A stretch of 64,000 nucleotides of DNA from Nitrospirota bacterium (GTDB lineage: Bacteria; Nitrospirota; Nitrospiria; Nitrospirales; Nitrospiraceae): contig CAVPBK010000001.1 of assembly GCA_963701855.1 (NCBI GenBank), positions 128,001 through 192,000 on the forward strand, written 5' to 3'. Below the pieces are notes generated by a model, which ran no database searches, was not told the origin of the DNA, and saw only the letters and a list, made by a program, of their open reading frames with translations. Below are positions 20,668 through 30,283 of the stretch, one piece after another; position 1 is the first letter of the stretch; the number at the start of each line of letters is the position of its first letter. Made by a program: the position numbers and the translations under genes.

Positions 20668-21183
20668 CTAGTCACGAAGCGGCTCATCGAGATCTCCGAC
20701 CGTCAGACGATCTGGAGGCCATCGGTAGGCGCCCCTTACAGCGGAGGCAACCATCGCATAGCCAGGTGGTTCTTTTCTGACAAATTGACCGAGGAGGTCT
20801 GGTGTCGGGTTTCCATCGATCAGATAGACCACGCCCTTTTCATAACCCGTGGTCGGTGACGGGGCTGGAATGCCGACCGTGGCCAGCGCATGACTGGCCC
20901 GGGCCTTCTTCAACGCAGACAGGTAGGTGCGCACCTGCTCGGGAGTCCATCCTCCGTGATTGGTGACCACGACTGAGGCGTCTCCGATGACCATCACATC
21001 AATCATTGGCATGGGGGCATGCGTCGCCGCGCTGAACGCAGGCGGTGGTGCAGGCTCCGGCCTTCCCCACTCCATGAAGACTCGGATCATGGCGAAGACA
21101 ATGAGCACGACGGCACCTCCGAGCAGTACCTGCCGACCGGACAGACGGTGGACCGGAACGGACTGCTCGGGTCGGGATGGCAT
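20668..21183 (-). CDS. Hypothetical membrane-anchored protein
   Basis: One N-terminal TM helix then a Pro-rich linker; co-oriented with neighbours. Confidence 0.6.
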   Translation of the reverse strand: MPSRPEQSVPVHRLSGRQVLLGGAVVLIVFAMIRVFMEWGRPEPAPPPAFSAATHAPMPMIDVMVIGDASVVVTNHGGWTPEQVRTYLSALKKARASHALATVGIPAPSPTTGYEKGVVYLIDGNPTPDLLGQFVRKEPPGYAMVASAVRGAYRWPPDRLTVGDLDEPLRD

Positions 21184-21307
21184 GGGACCCTTTCCTGGCA
21201 CAGATGAGCGCGCGAATCTTAGCACAGAGCTCAGCGAATTTCCTCGCTGGGCTCCCCTCCCTCAAGATATATCGACACCGGAGGAGGGAGCTGTGTGCCT
21301 GTCGAAA

Positions 21308-22771
21308 CTAGTACGCGAAGTCCAAGCCAACCAACATGGTCTGACCGAGCAGATCCCCGCCTCCTGTGCCGACCCCTTTGGTCCTGTAGGTGTTGTACTC
21401 AGCGTGTAGGGCCAGATCCGTCCGCGTGGATTGGTGAAGGAAGTACCGAACCAGAAACGTTTGGGAGTCAACATTGTTATAGTTGTGGTTAAAGGTGGGA
21501 TCCCCCTGCCGATCGTTGCGGATGATGTCGTACCGATAGGCGAAGAACCAATCGGGCACGTTCAGGAACGGAAGGAGCGTGGGATAGTAATCCAGCTCGA
21601 CAAAGCCGCCGTTCCACGAAGCGTTCTGGGCACCGGCGATGCCTTGAGAGACGAAGAGGTTCTTGCTGCTGTTGCCATGCACGAAGGCACCAAAGAGATT
21701 CCATTCTCCATTAAACGTGGTACTCAGATCCACGCCAATGTTGCTAAAGGGCTGGCCGCTTCCGCCCACAGCTTGACACGTGGGGCAAGTCGCGTTCACC
21801 GTGGTCGGGGCGTCCCCATAGACCCCGAAGAGGCCAATTCGATGGCCGGTCACGATGCCATATCCCCCGAAGGATTGCGTGACATGGCCGTAGAAATTGA
21901 CCCCACGTCCACCCGTACACGACTGGCCGGCCGGACAACCGCTCAACGGACCAGAAAACGTATTGGTTGACATTGCCGTGAAGCTGTAGCGGAAAAATCC
22001 ACTGGTGGGCGCGGTTTTCATCAGGCCCGCGAGTTCCGCTCCCGGTTGATTATCCCCGAGCCCAAACGAGTTGGGATTGGCGTAGGTGCTGGTGGATGTC
22101 CCGCTGATCGTGGCTGTATACGGTGTCCCCGGCGTGTAGTGGTACATGACAAATGGGGTGTTGAGCGTCGGACTGCGTTTTTCGCTGAACGGCAAATCCA
22201 ATTCGAATTTGCCTATACGGAAGTTCATGAGATAGTCGCCGGGCTTGCTCGTGATGCCCAGATATTTTTCCAGCCTCATGAGCCGAACGAAGGAGCTTTC
22301 CAAATCGCTGTCGCTGGCGCCGGTCCCAAATCCCGCGCTACCCAAGCCTGGCGTATACACGATGCCGAACGCCACATCGCGAGTCAATGTGCCGAAACTT
22401 AAAATATCGAGGCCGGTGAAGCCGAACCCACCCGTGCTGATCCCGCTGCCATCGGTACGGACACTAGCCGCCTGATAGCCGATGGTGGTCCGGAACGACA
22501 CGGGCCAAAAGCCCATGGTGATCCCTTCGTACGTGGGCATGTCCGCATCGGAGCCCATTTGATAGCCCCGATCCCGGAAGAGGTTGCCGAAGTCGTTCAA
22601 CTTTGGAAATCCAGGGACGTGGCAGACGTTGCACTTCATGTCGTATTTCCTCGCGAAGGCCGGAATGGCTTCCGCCTCAGGCGCACGATAGGTGAATTCA
22701 TGCAAGACGAGGACAATCAATACCAGCACGAGAAACGGAGCCCCTACGACGAATATCTCCCTATAGCGCAT
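21308..22771 (-). CDS. cyc2: Cyc2/Cyt572-like fused monohaem cytochrome c and outer-membrane beta-barrel
   Basis: GGAGG RBS; signal peptide, then AIPAFARKYDMKCNVCHVPGFPKLNDFGNLFRDRGY; amphipathic beta strands; C-terminal aromatic beta-signal (VGLDFAY). Confidence 0.8.
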   Translation of the reverse strand: MRYREIFVVGAPFLVLVLIVLVLHEFTYRAPEAEAIPAFARKYDMKCNVCHVPGFPKLNDFGNLFRDRGYQMGSDADMPTYEGITMGFWPVSFRTTIGYQAASVRTDGSGISTGGFGFTGLDILSFGTLTRDVAFGIVYTPGLGSAGFGTGASDSDLESSFVRLMRLEKYLGITSKPGDYLMNFRIGKFELDLPFSEKRSPTLNTPFVMYHYTPGTPYTATISGTSTSTYANPNSFGLGDNQPGAELAGLMKTAPTSGFFRYSFTAMSTNTFSGPLSGCPAGQSCTGGRGVNFYGHVTQSFGGYGIVTGHRIGLFGVYGDAPTTVNATCPTCQAVGGSGQPFSNIGVDLSTTFNGEWNLFGAFVHGNSSKNLFVSQGIAGAQNASWNGGFVELDYYPTLLPFLNVPDWFFAYRYDIIRNDRQGDPTFNHNYNNVDSQTFLVRYFLHQSTRTDLALHAEYNTYRTKGVGTGGGDLLGQTMLVGLDFAY

Positions 22772-22942
22772 AATCAACCTCCACGGTCGGATTGAAAGGT
22801 GCGATACGGTGACAACGTGACGTGGCACCAGGGGGCGAGCCTCGACCTCCAGCCTCCCCAATGCGGGATCGGTTCACCTCATCCTTCTCTTGTCCGGCTC
22901 GCCGTTGATGCGTGGTATCCATGTATCTCCTCAGGACAGGCC

Positions 22943-23785
22943 CTACTCCATCGTGACAGGACGGACGGGAAATTCAAATCGTGTGTCCACCGTTTCTTTC
23001 GGTTTGACGTCCACTTTCTGTCGAACAATATGCGGGTCGTCGTAGACCGCTCGGGAGGAGTCTATTTTCTTGATCTTGTATCCCTCATGCCAGGCCACGA
23101 GGGTATAGGTGCCTGGCGGTACGCCATGAATCTCAAACTTTCCAGCGGCATCGGTGATCGCAAAATATGGATGATCAAATCCGGCGATATAGCCAGACAT
23201 GTGGGTATGGACGTCGCACTGATAAGGCAACCCGACCCCAAGACCTCGAAGGAGAGTGTGATCAACCTCCCGGTTCGGAGTGGGCATAGCCACATTAAAA
23301 ATGCTGCCGCGGTTGGCAGTGAAGAAATGCGGATTGTGGAGAATTGGGTCGAAATTAATTATTGCGACGAGCTGTGTCCGGACAAACGCAAGGATATGTT
23401 CCTTGAATTGGCATAGCTGCGTGTCTGGTTCTTTGCCGGTCTGGTCCTGTCCCATATGGAGCCAATATTTCTCTTCAAGCGCTTTCCCCTTTTCGACCTG
23501 CTCCAGATACACCAGAACGTGCTGGAGCCCTTTGCTCTTTGGATCCACCTTCAACACCGGGGATGGTGCCGTTTCACCGCATGTATCCAGATCCGCCTTG
23601 ACCGGGAGCGGGGGAATCGTCGGAATCTCGCCTTCCCAGGTCGCCACGCCTTTGATCGTCCCGCCGTTCGAGACGTTAATAACCTCATACTCGGCAAAGG
23701 CGGCCTCCGAACCACCTGCCAACACGAGCAGACTGATCGCTAGTATACATGACCAATCCGTAATTCGAGTTTTGATCCGTGTCAT
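22943..23785 (-). CDS. Exported cupredoxin-like / carboxypeptidase-regulatory-like domain protein
   Basis: Signal peptide; PILHNPH and CDVHTHM (possible type-1 Cu ligands); TDAAGKFEIHGVPPGTYTLVAWHE. Confidence 0.8.
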   Translation of the reverse strand: MTRIKTRITDWSCILAISLLVLAGGSEAAFAEYEVINVSNGGTIKGVATWEGEIPTIPPLPVKADLDTCGETAPSPVLKVDPKSKGLQHVLVYLEQVEKGKALEEKYWLHMGQDQTGKEPDTQLCQFKEHILAFVRTQLVAIINFDPILHNPHFFTANRGSIFNVAMPTPNREVDHTLLRGLGVGLPYQCDVHTHMSGYIAGFDHPYFAITDAAGKFEIHGVPPGTYTLVAWHEGYKIKKIDSSRAVYDDPHIVRQKVDVKPKETVDTRFEFPVRPVTME

Positions 23786-24003
23786 CGCGCCTCCTTTTGC
23801 GTGAGGTTGTAACCACACTCGATTCGTCCACGAATCTCTTCCGCCAGAGACCCTTCTGGTGTCGGGCTCTCTTCATCTCTTCAGTTTGGAGTGTGAGCAC
23901 CATACTCAAATCTGCTCATCATGTTGGAGCGCAGAGACCCTAGCGGCAGTAAAGAAGTTCTGCAACTAGGGAATCCTCTAGTCTTAATCGTAGAAATTAC
24001 TAG

Positions 24004-24032
24004 TGAACCTCTCCGCATTTCATAGACACCTT
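24004..24032. mobile_element. Orphan IS3-family terminal inverted repeat
   Basis: TGAACCTCTCCGCATTTCATAGACACCT resembles the IS3 end TGACCCTCCCCTGATTTCATAGACACCT at 62536. Confidence 0.6.
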
Positions 24033-24927
24033 CTCCCGGGCTTGAACGCTGCCCACTTGTTTTTCAAATACTCCAACTAAAGAAGTTCGTCAATTCAAAC
24101 CTAAGTAGCAGTACGTGCATTTTACATTCCTGATAATCGCCAGATTTCATGGGAGACGACCTCTCAGGCAGCCCACGTAATTCTTGGATTAGGAAAGTAC
24201 ACTTCGCCTTCGGTAATCCCTCAGAGATGGAGCTTTTGCCACAAATGCAATTTTCATTTTTCCCAAAGAAGCGACAGCTATATTCTGAACTACTCAGGCA
24301 GATAGGCTGAAGGCTTTTAGGGTCGGGCTTCTTGCCCAACAAGGACTCATCTCTGCTTGAACCAAAGGTCGTAGGAAACCGAGAAGGTTTTGAATGGCTT
24401 GGTTCGCTGCCTTGGGAGATTATGTATAGCCTTCCGCCTGAATACCTGAGCAGGTACGCCTGCTTGTCGATTTCCCTAATGCCTGTTAAACGTTGTATCT
24501 TCTCGCATGCCTACAGTGTGAGAGTCTTGCGATCATACACAATGCTTACGATGACTCTCTCTTATCTGACAGACCCCACGCAGAAATCTCCTCCCTCCTG
24601 GCGCGGCAAGTTCCCAATCAAACCCGCATTGTTCATGACAGTCCCTGGCGAAAGCGACTAAGAGTGCGTTCCTCATTATTATTTATTATTCGCGCGTGAC
24701 TTGCGCGAAAAGCGCGGCGGGGGAGGTGGTCTGAAGGCTGAAGTGTTCGGAACTCCGACCTTCAGCCTTTGCACCACACCTGTCTCGTGGCATAACGGGG
24801 CATCGGGTGCGGAGACATTGCCCCATAATGCCACGAGGAATGATCCGGGCTTTACGATTCTCTACCACGCTGCGCGCTAACCCCTCTGTTCCTCACAGGT
24901 TTGCATGATCACCCCAAAAGGCATTCA

Positions 24928-24943
24928 TGGCATTTCCCTTGCT
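24928..24943 (+). promoter_or_regulatory. Putative sigma-54 promoter
   Basis: TGGCATTTCCCTTGCT, 60 bp upstream of the YbaK gene. Confidence 0.7.
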
Positions 24944-25002
24944 AACTTACTCTTCATAAGAATTATGCATATTTTCTTCTCCATTCAGTAAGGGAGGTTG
25001 CC

Positions 25003-25488
25003 ATGCCGGTGTTGAAACGACTCCAGAGTTATCTCGACGCGAACAAGATTCCCCATGAAGTGGTAAACCACCCAAAGGCCTATACCGCCCACGACGTGGC
25101 CCATACACTTGATGTGCCGGGAAAACTTGTCGCTAAAGTCGTCGTGGTGAAGGCCGATCAGTACTTCGTGATGACGGTGCTCCCCTCAACCTGGCGCGTA
25201 GATTTGAAACGATTGCGGGATGTACTGGAGGCCCGTGACATCCGATTAGCAACAGAAGCCGAGTGCGCGAATCTGTTCCCCGATTGCCAAGTGGGAACAA
25301 TGCCACCGTTCGGAAATCTCTACGGCGTGGAGGTGTACGTCGATCAACTGCTGACAGAAGACGAGTCCATCGTGTTTGAAGCAGGGACCTATGTCGGCGC
25401 GATCAAGCTACGGTACAAGGACTTTGCCGATCTCGTTCGCCCGAAAGTCGCCGCGTTTCATCACGAGCCGTCGAAGATCGAGAGCTAG
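25003..25488 (+). CDS. YbaK/ProX aminoacyl-tRNA deacylase family protein
   Basis: VAKVVVVK, GTMPPFGNLYG, IVFEAGT. Confidence 0.9.
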   Translation: MPVLKRLQSYLDANKIPHEVVNHPKAYTAHDVAHTLDVPGKLVAKVVVVKADQYFVMTVLPSTWRVDLKRLRDVLEARDIRLATEAECANLFPDCQVGTMPPFGNLYGVEVYVDQLLTEDESIVFEAGTYVGAIKLRYKDFADLVRPKVAAFHHEPSKIES

Positions 25489-25672
25489 CAGGGAGAGGGA
25501 TGGCTTGATGAGTCCCCTGTGCTCGCAAAACGCGCACGATACAACAGTGCTCGTTCGATGCGCGCAGTGAGGGACTCATCCAGCCATCCTGGATAAAATC
25601 AACGAGCAAGCTTGGAAGACCTATTTTGATTGCTCGATGCGGCCATGCTGAACGGCTATTTTGAGCATCCTG
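25489..25672. mobile_element. Composite MITE: family B end carrying family C sequence
   Basis: CTAG on both flanks (each is the stop of a convergent gene); right end TTTTGAGCATCCTG. Confidence 0.65.
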
Positions 25673-26224
25673 CTAGAAAAGAGGATGATGGGGAGCGCTT
25701 GCTGGTGGAGTTGAATGGAATGTTCCTCCTGCATTGCCGAGGAATCGCCAGGCCCCTTCTTCTTTGACGAGGTAGTGCACCTCGCGCGCCCAGCTGTCAA
25801 TGGTGATGGACTTCCCCGTCTGTTTCTCCGTCCCATAGAGCCCTCCGGTGCAGGTCACATAGGCTTTTCTGATGCCGTCGGCCTGGACTAATTTCAGCTC
25901 GGTGAAGACATGGGATGAACTGATGTCCCGGTAGTGCAGGAAGACCTCCTCCCATACTCGACGCACATCCGATCTTTTTAACCCGTGATAGTTATAGGTC
26001 GTGGCGTAGAACTTCATGAGCGCATAGAGATCAACCTTCTTGACCGCTGCTTCGGCCTCATTGAACGCTGTCACCAGCTCCCTGATGACCGGCTGATCGG
26101 CATCCGCTCCCACGTCCGGTGCAAATTCCACAGCTGCGGCGACGGGAGTCGACGGCCGGCATTGGGTCAGGATCAAGGTTCCTGCCAGGATCAGTATGAT
26201 CTTGAGTACGCCTCGTCGCTTCAT
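25673..26224 (-). CDS. Exported NTF2/SnoaL-like protein
   Basis: YNYHGLK...VTCTGGLYG...IDSWAREVHYL...APHHPLF; paralogue of 31521-32057. Confidence 0.75.
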   Translation of the reverse strand: MKRRGVLKIILILAGTLILTQCRPSTPVAAAVEFAPDVGADADQPVIRELVTAFNEAEAAVKKVDLYALMKFYATTYNYHGLKRSDVRRVWEEVFLHYRDISSSHVFTELKLVQADGIRKAYVTCTGGLYGTEKQTGKSITIDSWAREVHYLVKEEGAWRFLGNAGGTFHSTPPASAPHHPLF

Positions 26225-26543
26225 GATTGTAGCGTGACGCAATGCTGATGCCATCGCTGTAAGAATGGCAAGCCCTCGATAATTCAAGCCGCAACTCTCT
26301 TCCTCTATTTTCCACTGGGACCAGGGTCAACAGGATGACGCCTAACTCCCCACGTGACACTGCTTCCCTGCTGCAAAACGCTACGCTTCATAGCGCCATC
26401 TGACCCAAGATCAACAAGGAAGCACAGGCACATCTGATGCATTCCGAACTATTCGTGCTCAAGGAACAACTGGAAACCTGTAAGCCATCGAGCGATCAAC
26501 TTGTCAGCAACCGCGCTCACGCGCCCAACAAAGGAGGAGTCCC

Positions 26544-26744
26544 ATGTCCGTCGCCAAGATTATCGAGATTAGTGCCGAATCACCGAAGAGTTTCGAAGAT
26601 GCCATTCAAAACGGGATCACCCGGGCATCCAAAACCATACACAGCATCAAATCGGCTTGGGTGAAGGAGCAACACGTGGTGGTCGACAACAGCAAGGTCG
26701 CCCTGTATCGCGTGGACCTGAAAGTAACATTCGTGCTGGATTGA
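26544..26744 (+). CDS. Dodecin family flavin-binding protein
   Basis: MSVAKIIEISAESPKSFEDAIQNGITRASKT...YRVDLKVTF. Confidence 0.93.
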   Translation: MSVAKIIEISAESPKSFEDAIQNGITRASKTIHSIKSAWVKEQHVVVDNSKVALYRVDLKVTFVLD

Positions 26745-26750
26745 CGAGAT

Positions 26751-27413
26751 ATGAGGATGGGCGAGCGAAACTGGTGGGAGAGGGTTGCCAAGAGCACGGC
26801 CTACGCCCTTTCTCTGTTTCTTATCGCCCTTACTTACTCCCTCGCGTTCGGCTCATCGGGCCAGATCTTGGAGCCCCCCACTGACGTGGTTCGCTCGACG
26901 CTCACTGAAGTCTTCCGCATCCTTGAAGACGAGACACTCAAAGATCCGGCCAAGCTCATCCCGCGCCGGCATATGCTGGAAGATGTCATCGCTTCCCACT
27001 TCGACTATACGGAAATGTCGAAGCGATCGCTCGCAGCTCACTAGGCTCCACTTACGGCCGGCGAGCGGGCCGAATTCGTCGAACTCTTCAAGAACTTTCT
27101 CTCCGACCGCTATGCTGAAAAAATCGAAAGCTATTCAGGCGAACAGGTAGCCTATCTCTCCGAACGGATCGAGGGGAACTATGCGGAGGTGCGGACCGAG
27201 CTGCGGTCGAGCAAAGTCGCAATCCCGATGGACTACCGGCTACAAGGGAAAGACGGAACATGGCACGCTTACGACCTCATTGTGGACGGGGTCAGTTTGG
27301 TGAAGAATTACCGCAGTCAATTCGAGAAGATCATCCGCTCATCGTCCTACCAGGAGTTAGTCCGGCAGTTGCGCGAACGCACCGTCGGCGAGGACAAGAA
27401 AAAGAAGGCTTAG
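26751..27413 (+). pseudogene. mlaC: MlaC/Ttg2D phospholipid-binding protein with in-frame TAG at 27042-27044
   Basis: FDYTEMSKRSLAAH*APLTAGERAEFVELF...YDLIVDGVSLVKNYRSQF in a single frame; TAG replaces the usual Trp. Confidence 0.85.
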
Positions 27414-27756
27414 CTCACGAGAATGCCCTGCAGCCTCACCGCCTGAGATCCGCCCCTGCCCTATTACGCCGCTACGCCACAGTAACTCGATGACAGATCC
27501 TGGACCGACGAAGCATCTCTAACGATTGATAGCGCGTCCCTCGAACCGTCACCCCGCCACTGAAGCAGTAGCGGCACCCTTTGCACGCTGACTGCACAAG
27601 GGCGAGTCAAACTAGCACCAGGCTGCTGCCCTTTCTAAGCTCTCTCCACCTCCTTCGGTTATAAGTTAATCTTGATTCTGTCAGAATCAACGAGGGCAAG
27701 ATGCCTCACCGAACTGCAGACTGTGGCATTACAGGATCTGACGAGATTGTAGGGGC

Positions 27757-27981
27757 CTAATTGAGGCGGGCTTTGCCTTTACCAGCAAAGAGTCTCTCGG
27801 CTTCGACTCGCGCGAGGTCTTTCTGGCGATGGGCGAGAATGACCGGATCAATCCGCTCACCGCAGCTCACGCAACGCCAGTTGATCGATCCGATTTCGAA
27901 AACCCGTTCTTCCAGCATCAGTCCGCCGCAGCGATGGCACTGGTCGGTCTGAGTGTTTTTAGCGGCAACAACCTTGGGCAT
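27757..27981 (-). CDS. Small zinc-ribbon protein
   Basis: CHRCGGLM...WRCVSCGERIDPVI; GGAGG RBS. Confidence 0.75.
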   Translation of the reverse strand: MPKVVAAKNTQTDQCHRCGGLMLEERVFEIGSINWRCVSCGERIDPVILAHRQKDLARVEAERLFAGKGKARLN

Positions 27982-28556
27982 GAACAGATTCCTCCCTCTT
28001 GTTGAATGTACTGGATAGCTGTGTGAGCCAAAAGGACAGAAAAGGATTCATCCACGAAATAAGAAAACCAGCCTCCCTACGGATATCGAGCCGTAGGCAA
28101 GCGTGGCTATCCGAACAACCCGGCAGGCAATCCACTGTTGCTTGTTCCTCGCCCCTAGTCTTCGGGCTCTCTTGAGTGCCGTACCTCCTACTGGCACCGA
28201 GATGGAAGCCTGTCCCTTCGGATCTGATCCCACCACTGAAATAGGGACGATACCCTCAGGCGCGCTGCACAGAGGAGGGCACCTGCTTGCCCCGGCACAT
28301 TGCCCCTTCTCGATTGGAGTGGTGCCGAACATCTGGCCACGGCCATTGACTCGCACAGCATAACATCATGTAATCACTTCAATTGGCCTCACGTTCAGTA
28401 TCAGCAGGTGGGCCGCCCACCTTGGCATATTCTGTATCTTGTATTTTTGCTATCAGAGGACTACGCTACGACACATCCGCTAGCAATACTTACTTGCGCC
28501 TCGAAGGTACACCGTGGGATTCAAAGAATCAGAACAAGCCCCACAGCCACTCCTAA

Positions 28557-28702
28557 TGAGCCAGCCCTGCACCTGTACCCACAGTCGCCTGATCTCCGAT
28601 TGCGTCTCGGAGGAGGAACACGAGGCCGGCAAGGTACGCTGTGTTGAATGTGGAGCCATCGTGCCGGATCCCTACCTCAAACGGGACGGCAAGGAGACGT
28701 AG
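28557..28702 (+). CDS. Small Cys/His zinc-binding-like protein
   Basis: CTCTHSRLI...VRCVECGAIVPDP; start uncertain. Confidence 0.45.
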
Positions 28703-28932
28703 CGCCGGTCTCGCTCTCCCTTTCAGGCTAGCCACTCTTAAAGTTTAGGTCTGCATCGTCTGCCCGCTCACACGATCCCTCTTCGCTGAGGTATTTGGCA
28801 ACAGCTTCCTGTCTGTCACTGGCCCAAAACTCCTCAACCTGCCGATTGGCGCAGCTCTCTCTCTCATACTCTAAGCCTGTAAGTCCCTGTGCTACCGAAC
28901 TTCTCCTTCTACATTCACACGAGATTATCCAC

Positions 28933-28948
28933 TGGCACCGACAATGCA
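28933..28948 (+). promoter_or_regulatory. Putative sigma-54 promoter
   Basis: TGGCACCGACAATGCA upstream of the wHTH-hsp20 genes. Confidence 0.6.
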
Positions 28949-28992
28949 ATGCTCTCCTCCCAGCAACTCATTCCGTTCTTCGAGGATGGCGC

Positions 28993-29235
28993 ATGGCACA
29001 ATCTACAACCGTGGAAGTTCAAGTAATCGACATCGTGCGCGGAGCCGATGCCTGTGACCTTGAAGAGATCACGCGTCGATGCACCAATCTTACGTGGAAC
29101 CAGGTATTTCTCGCTGTCGACCGCTTGAGCCGAAGTGGCAAGATCATGCTCGTGCCCAAGGGCCGGGGCCTTTATTCCGTAACTTTCCCGCATCGGCAGG
29201 AAGGACGGACTGATCAACGCTTTCTCCCATCTTAA
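28993..29235 (+). CDS. Small winged-helix-like protein
   Basis: CDLEEI...[17 protein letters not shown]; paralogue of 9582-9821. Confidence 0.7.
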   Translation: MAQSTTVEVQVIDIVRGADACDLEEITRRCTNLTWNQVFLAVDRLSRSGKIMLVPKGRGLYSVTFPHRQEGRTDQRFLPS

Positions 29236-29252
29236 TCACAAGGAGGTTTCTC

Positions 29253-29726
29253 ATGTCTGATCTAACCCGTTGGCAACCGACGATGACGCGCTGGAATCCA
29301 TTCAAAGATCTGGAGGATATGGAGAAGCGCCTCTCGACCTATTTGGGCCGTCCCGCTGTTCGGACCGAGGCCGGGAAGGAAGCCATGACCGTCGCCGAAT
29401 GGTCGCCACTCGTTGACATTACAGAGGACGAGAAGGAATATCTCATCAAGGCGGATCTGCCGGAAGTGAAGAAAGAAGACGTCAAACTGACAGTCCAGGA
29501 CGACGTGATGAGCATATCCGGCGAGCGAAAGTATGAGAAAGAGGAAAAAGGGAAGAAGTACCATCGTGTCGAGAGGGCCTACGGAAGCTTTATGCGGAGT
29601 TTCACCTTGCCGGAAGATGCCGATGGCAGCAAGATCAGTGCGGAGTACAAAGACGGTGTCTTGAAAGTACACCTGCCCAAGTCAGAAAAGGCGAAACCGA
29701 AATCGATCGAGGTGAAGGTCTCCTGA
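29253..29726 (+). CDS. Hsp20/alpha-crystallin small heat-shock protein
   Basis: [35 protein letters not shown]. Confidence 0.96.
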   Translation: MSDLTRWQPTMTRWNPFKDLEDMEKRLSTYLGRPAVRTEAGKEAMTVAEWSPLVDITEDEKEYLIKADLPEVKKEDVKLTVQDDVMSISGERKYEKEEKGKKYHRVERAYGSFMRSFTLPEDADGSKISAEYKDGVLKVHLPKSEKAKPKSIEVKVS

Positions 29727-29814
29727 GGACGACCGAAGAAACGAAGGAAAAACTATGTTGTCCCGTGAGAATTTCCATGATTCACACGCGTGGCACAACA
29801 GCAAAATGCTCTTG

Positions 29815-29958
29815 CAGGATACTCAAACAGGCCGTCCTCTTCGTCCGCCGTTTGTCTGGTTCATCTGGTCTATCTGGTTTGTTTAGTTGCTTAACCCAGA
29901 GAAACCAAACAAACCAAATAACGATCTTCGTATGCTGGCGGACTGTTTCAGCATCCTG
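29815..29958. mobile_element. MITE family B (inverse orientation to 7609-7770)
   Basis: CAGGATACTCAAACAG...TTTCAGCATCCTG; internal sequence matches the reverse complement of the 7609 copy. Confidence 0.75.
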
Positions 29959-29974
29959 CAAAAGGAGGGATATA

Positions 29975-30130
29975 ATGTTCCGCCATCCTCACTATCTGGA
30001 ATTTCCGTGGGGCATTCATGGGCAGCGCGCGACCACAGAACCCCATCGTCATCTGTGGTGGTTGATCGCGCTGCTGGTCCTGCTGGCCATGTTTCTGATC
30101 GGCGTGGGCGTCACGCACGGAATCTTGTAG
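29975..30130 (+). CDS. Small single-TM protein
   Basis: AGGAGG RBS; hydrophobic C-terminal helix. Confidence 0.5.
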   Translation: MFRHPHYLEFPWGIHGQRATTEPHRHLWWLIALLVLLAMFLIGVGVTHGIL

Positions 30131-30236
30131 AAGGCTAAGGTCGAGGTCAAGGCTAAGCGAAGATAAAACTTTCCTTACCTCAGCCTTAGCCTAAACCTCA
30201 ACCTTCCGCGTACTGGCGGACTTTTTGAGCATCCTG
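30131..30236. repeat. Hexamer palindromic repeat ending in a family B terminal repeat
   Basis: aaggctaaggtcgagg...cctcagccttagcc...CTTTTTGAGCATCCTG then TTAA. Confidence 0.6.
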
Positions 30237-30283
30237 TTAAGGACACGGGATCAGCGCTCCAGATTTAAGGAGTCAGACGAATC

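Noticed and set aside
26399..26414. FNR/CRP box upstream of dodecin
   Set aside because: CTGAC-N5-ATCAA has the wrong spacing and a mismatch.
27042..27044. Pyrrolysine or programmed readthrough in mlaC
   Set aside because: TAG sits at a position that is normally Trp (TGG), consistent with a single transition; no pyl genes seen.
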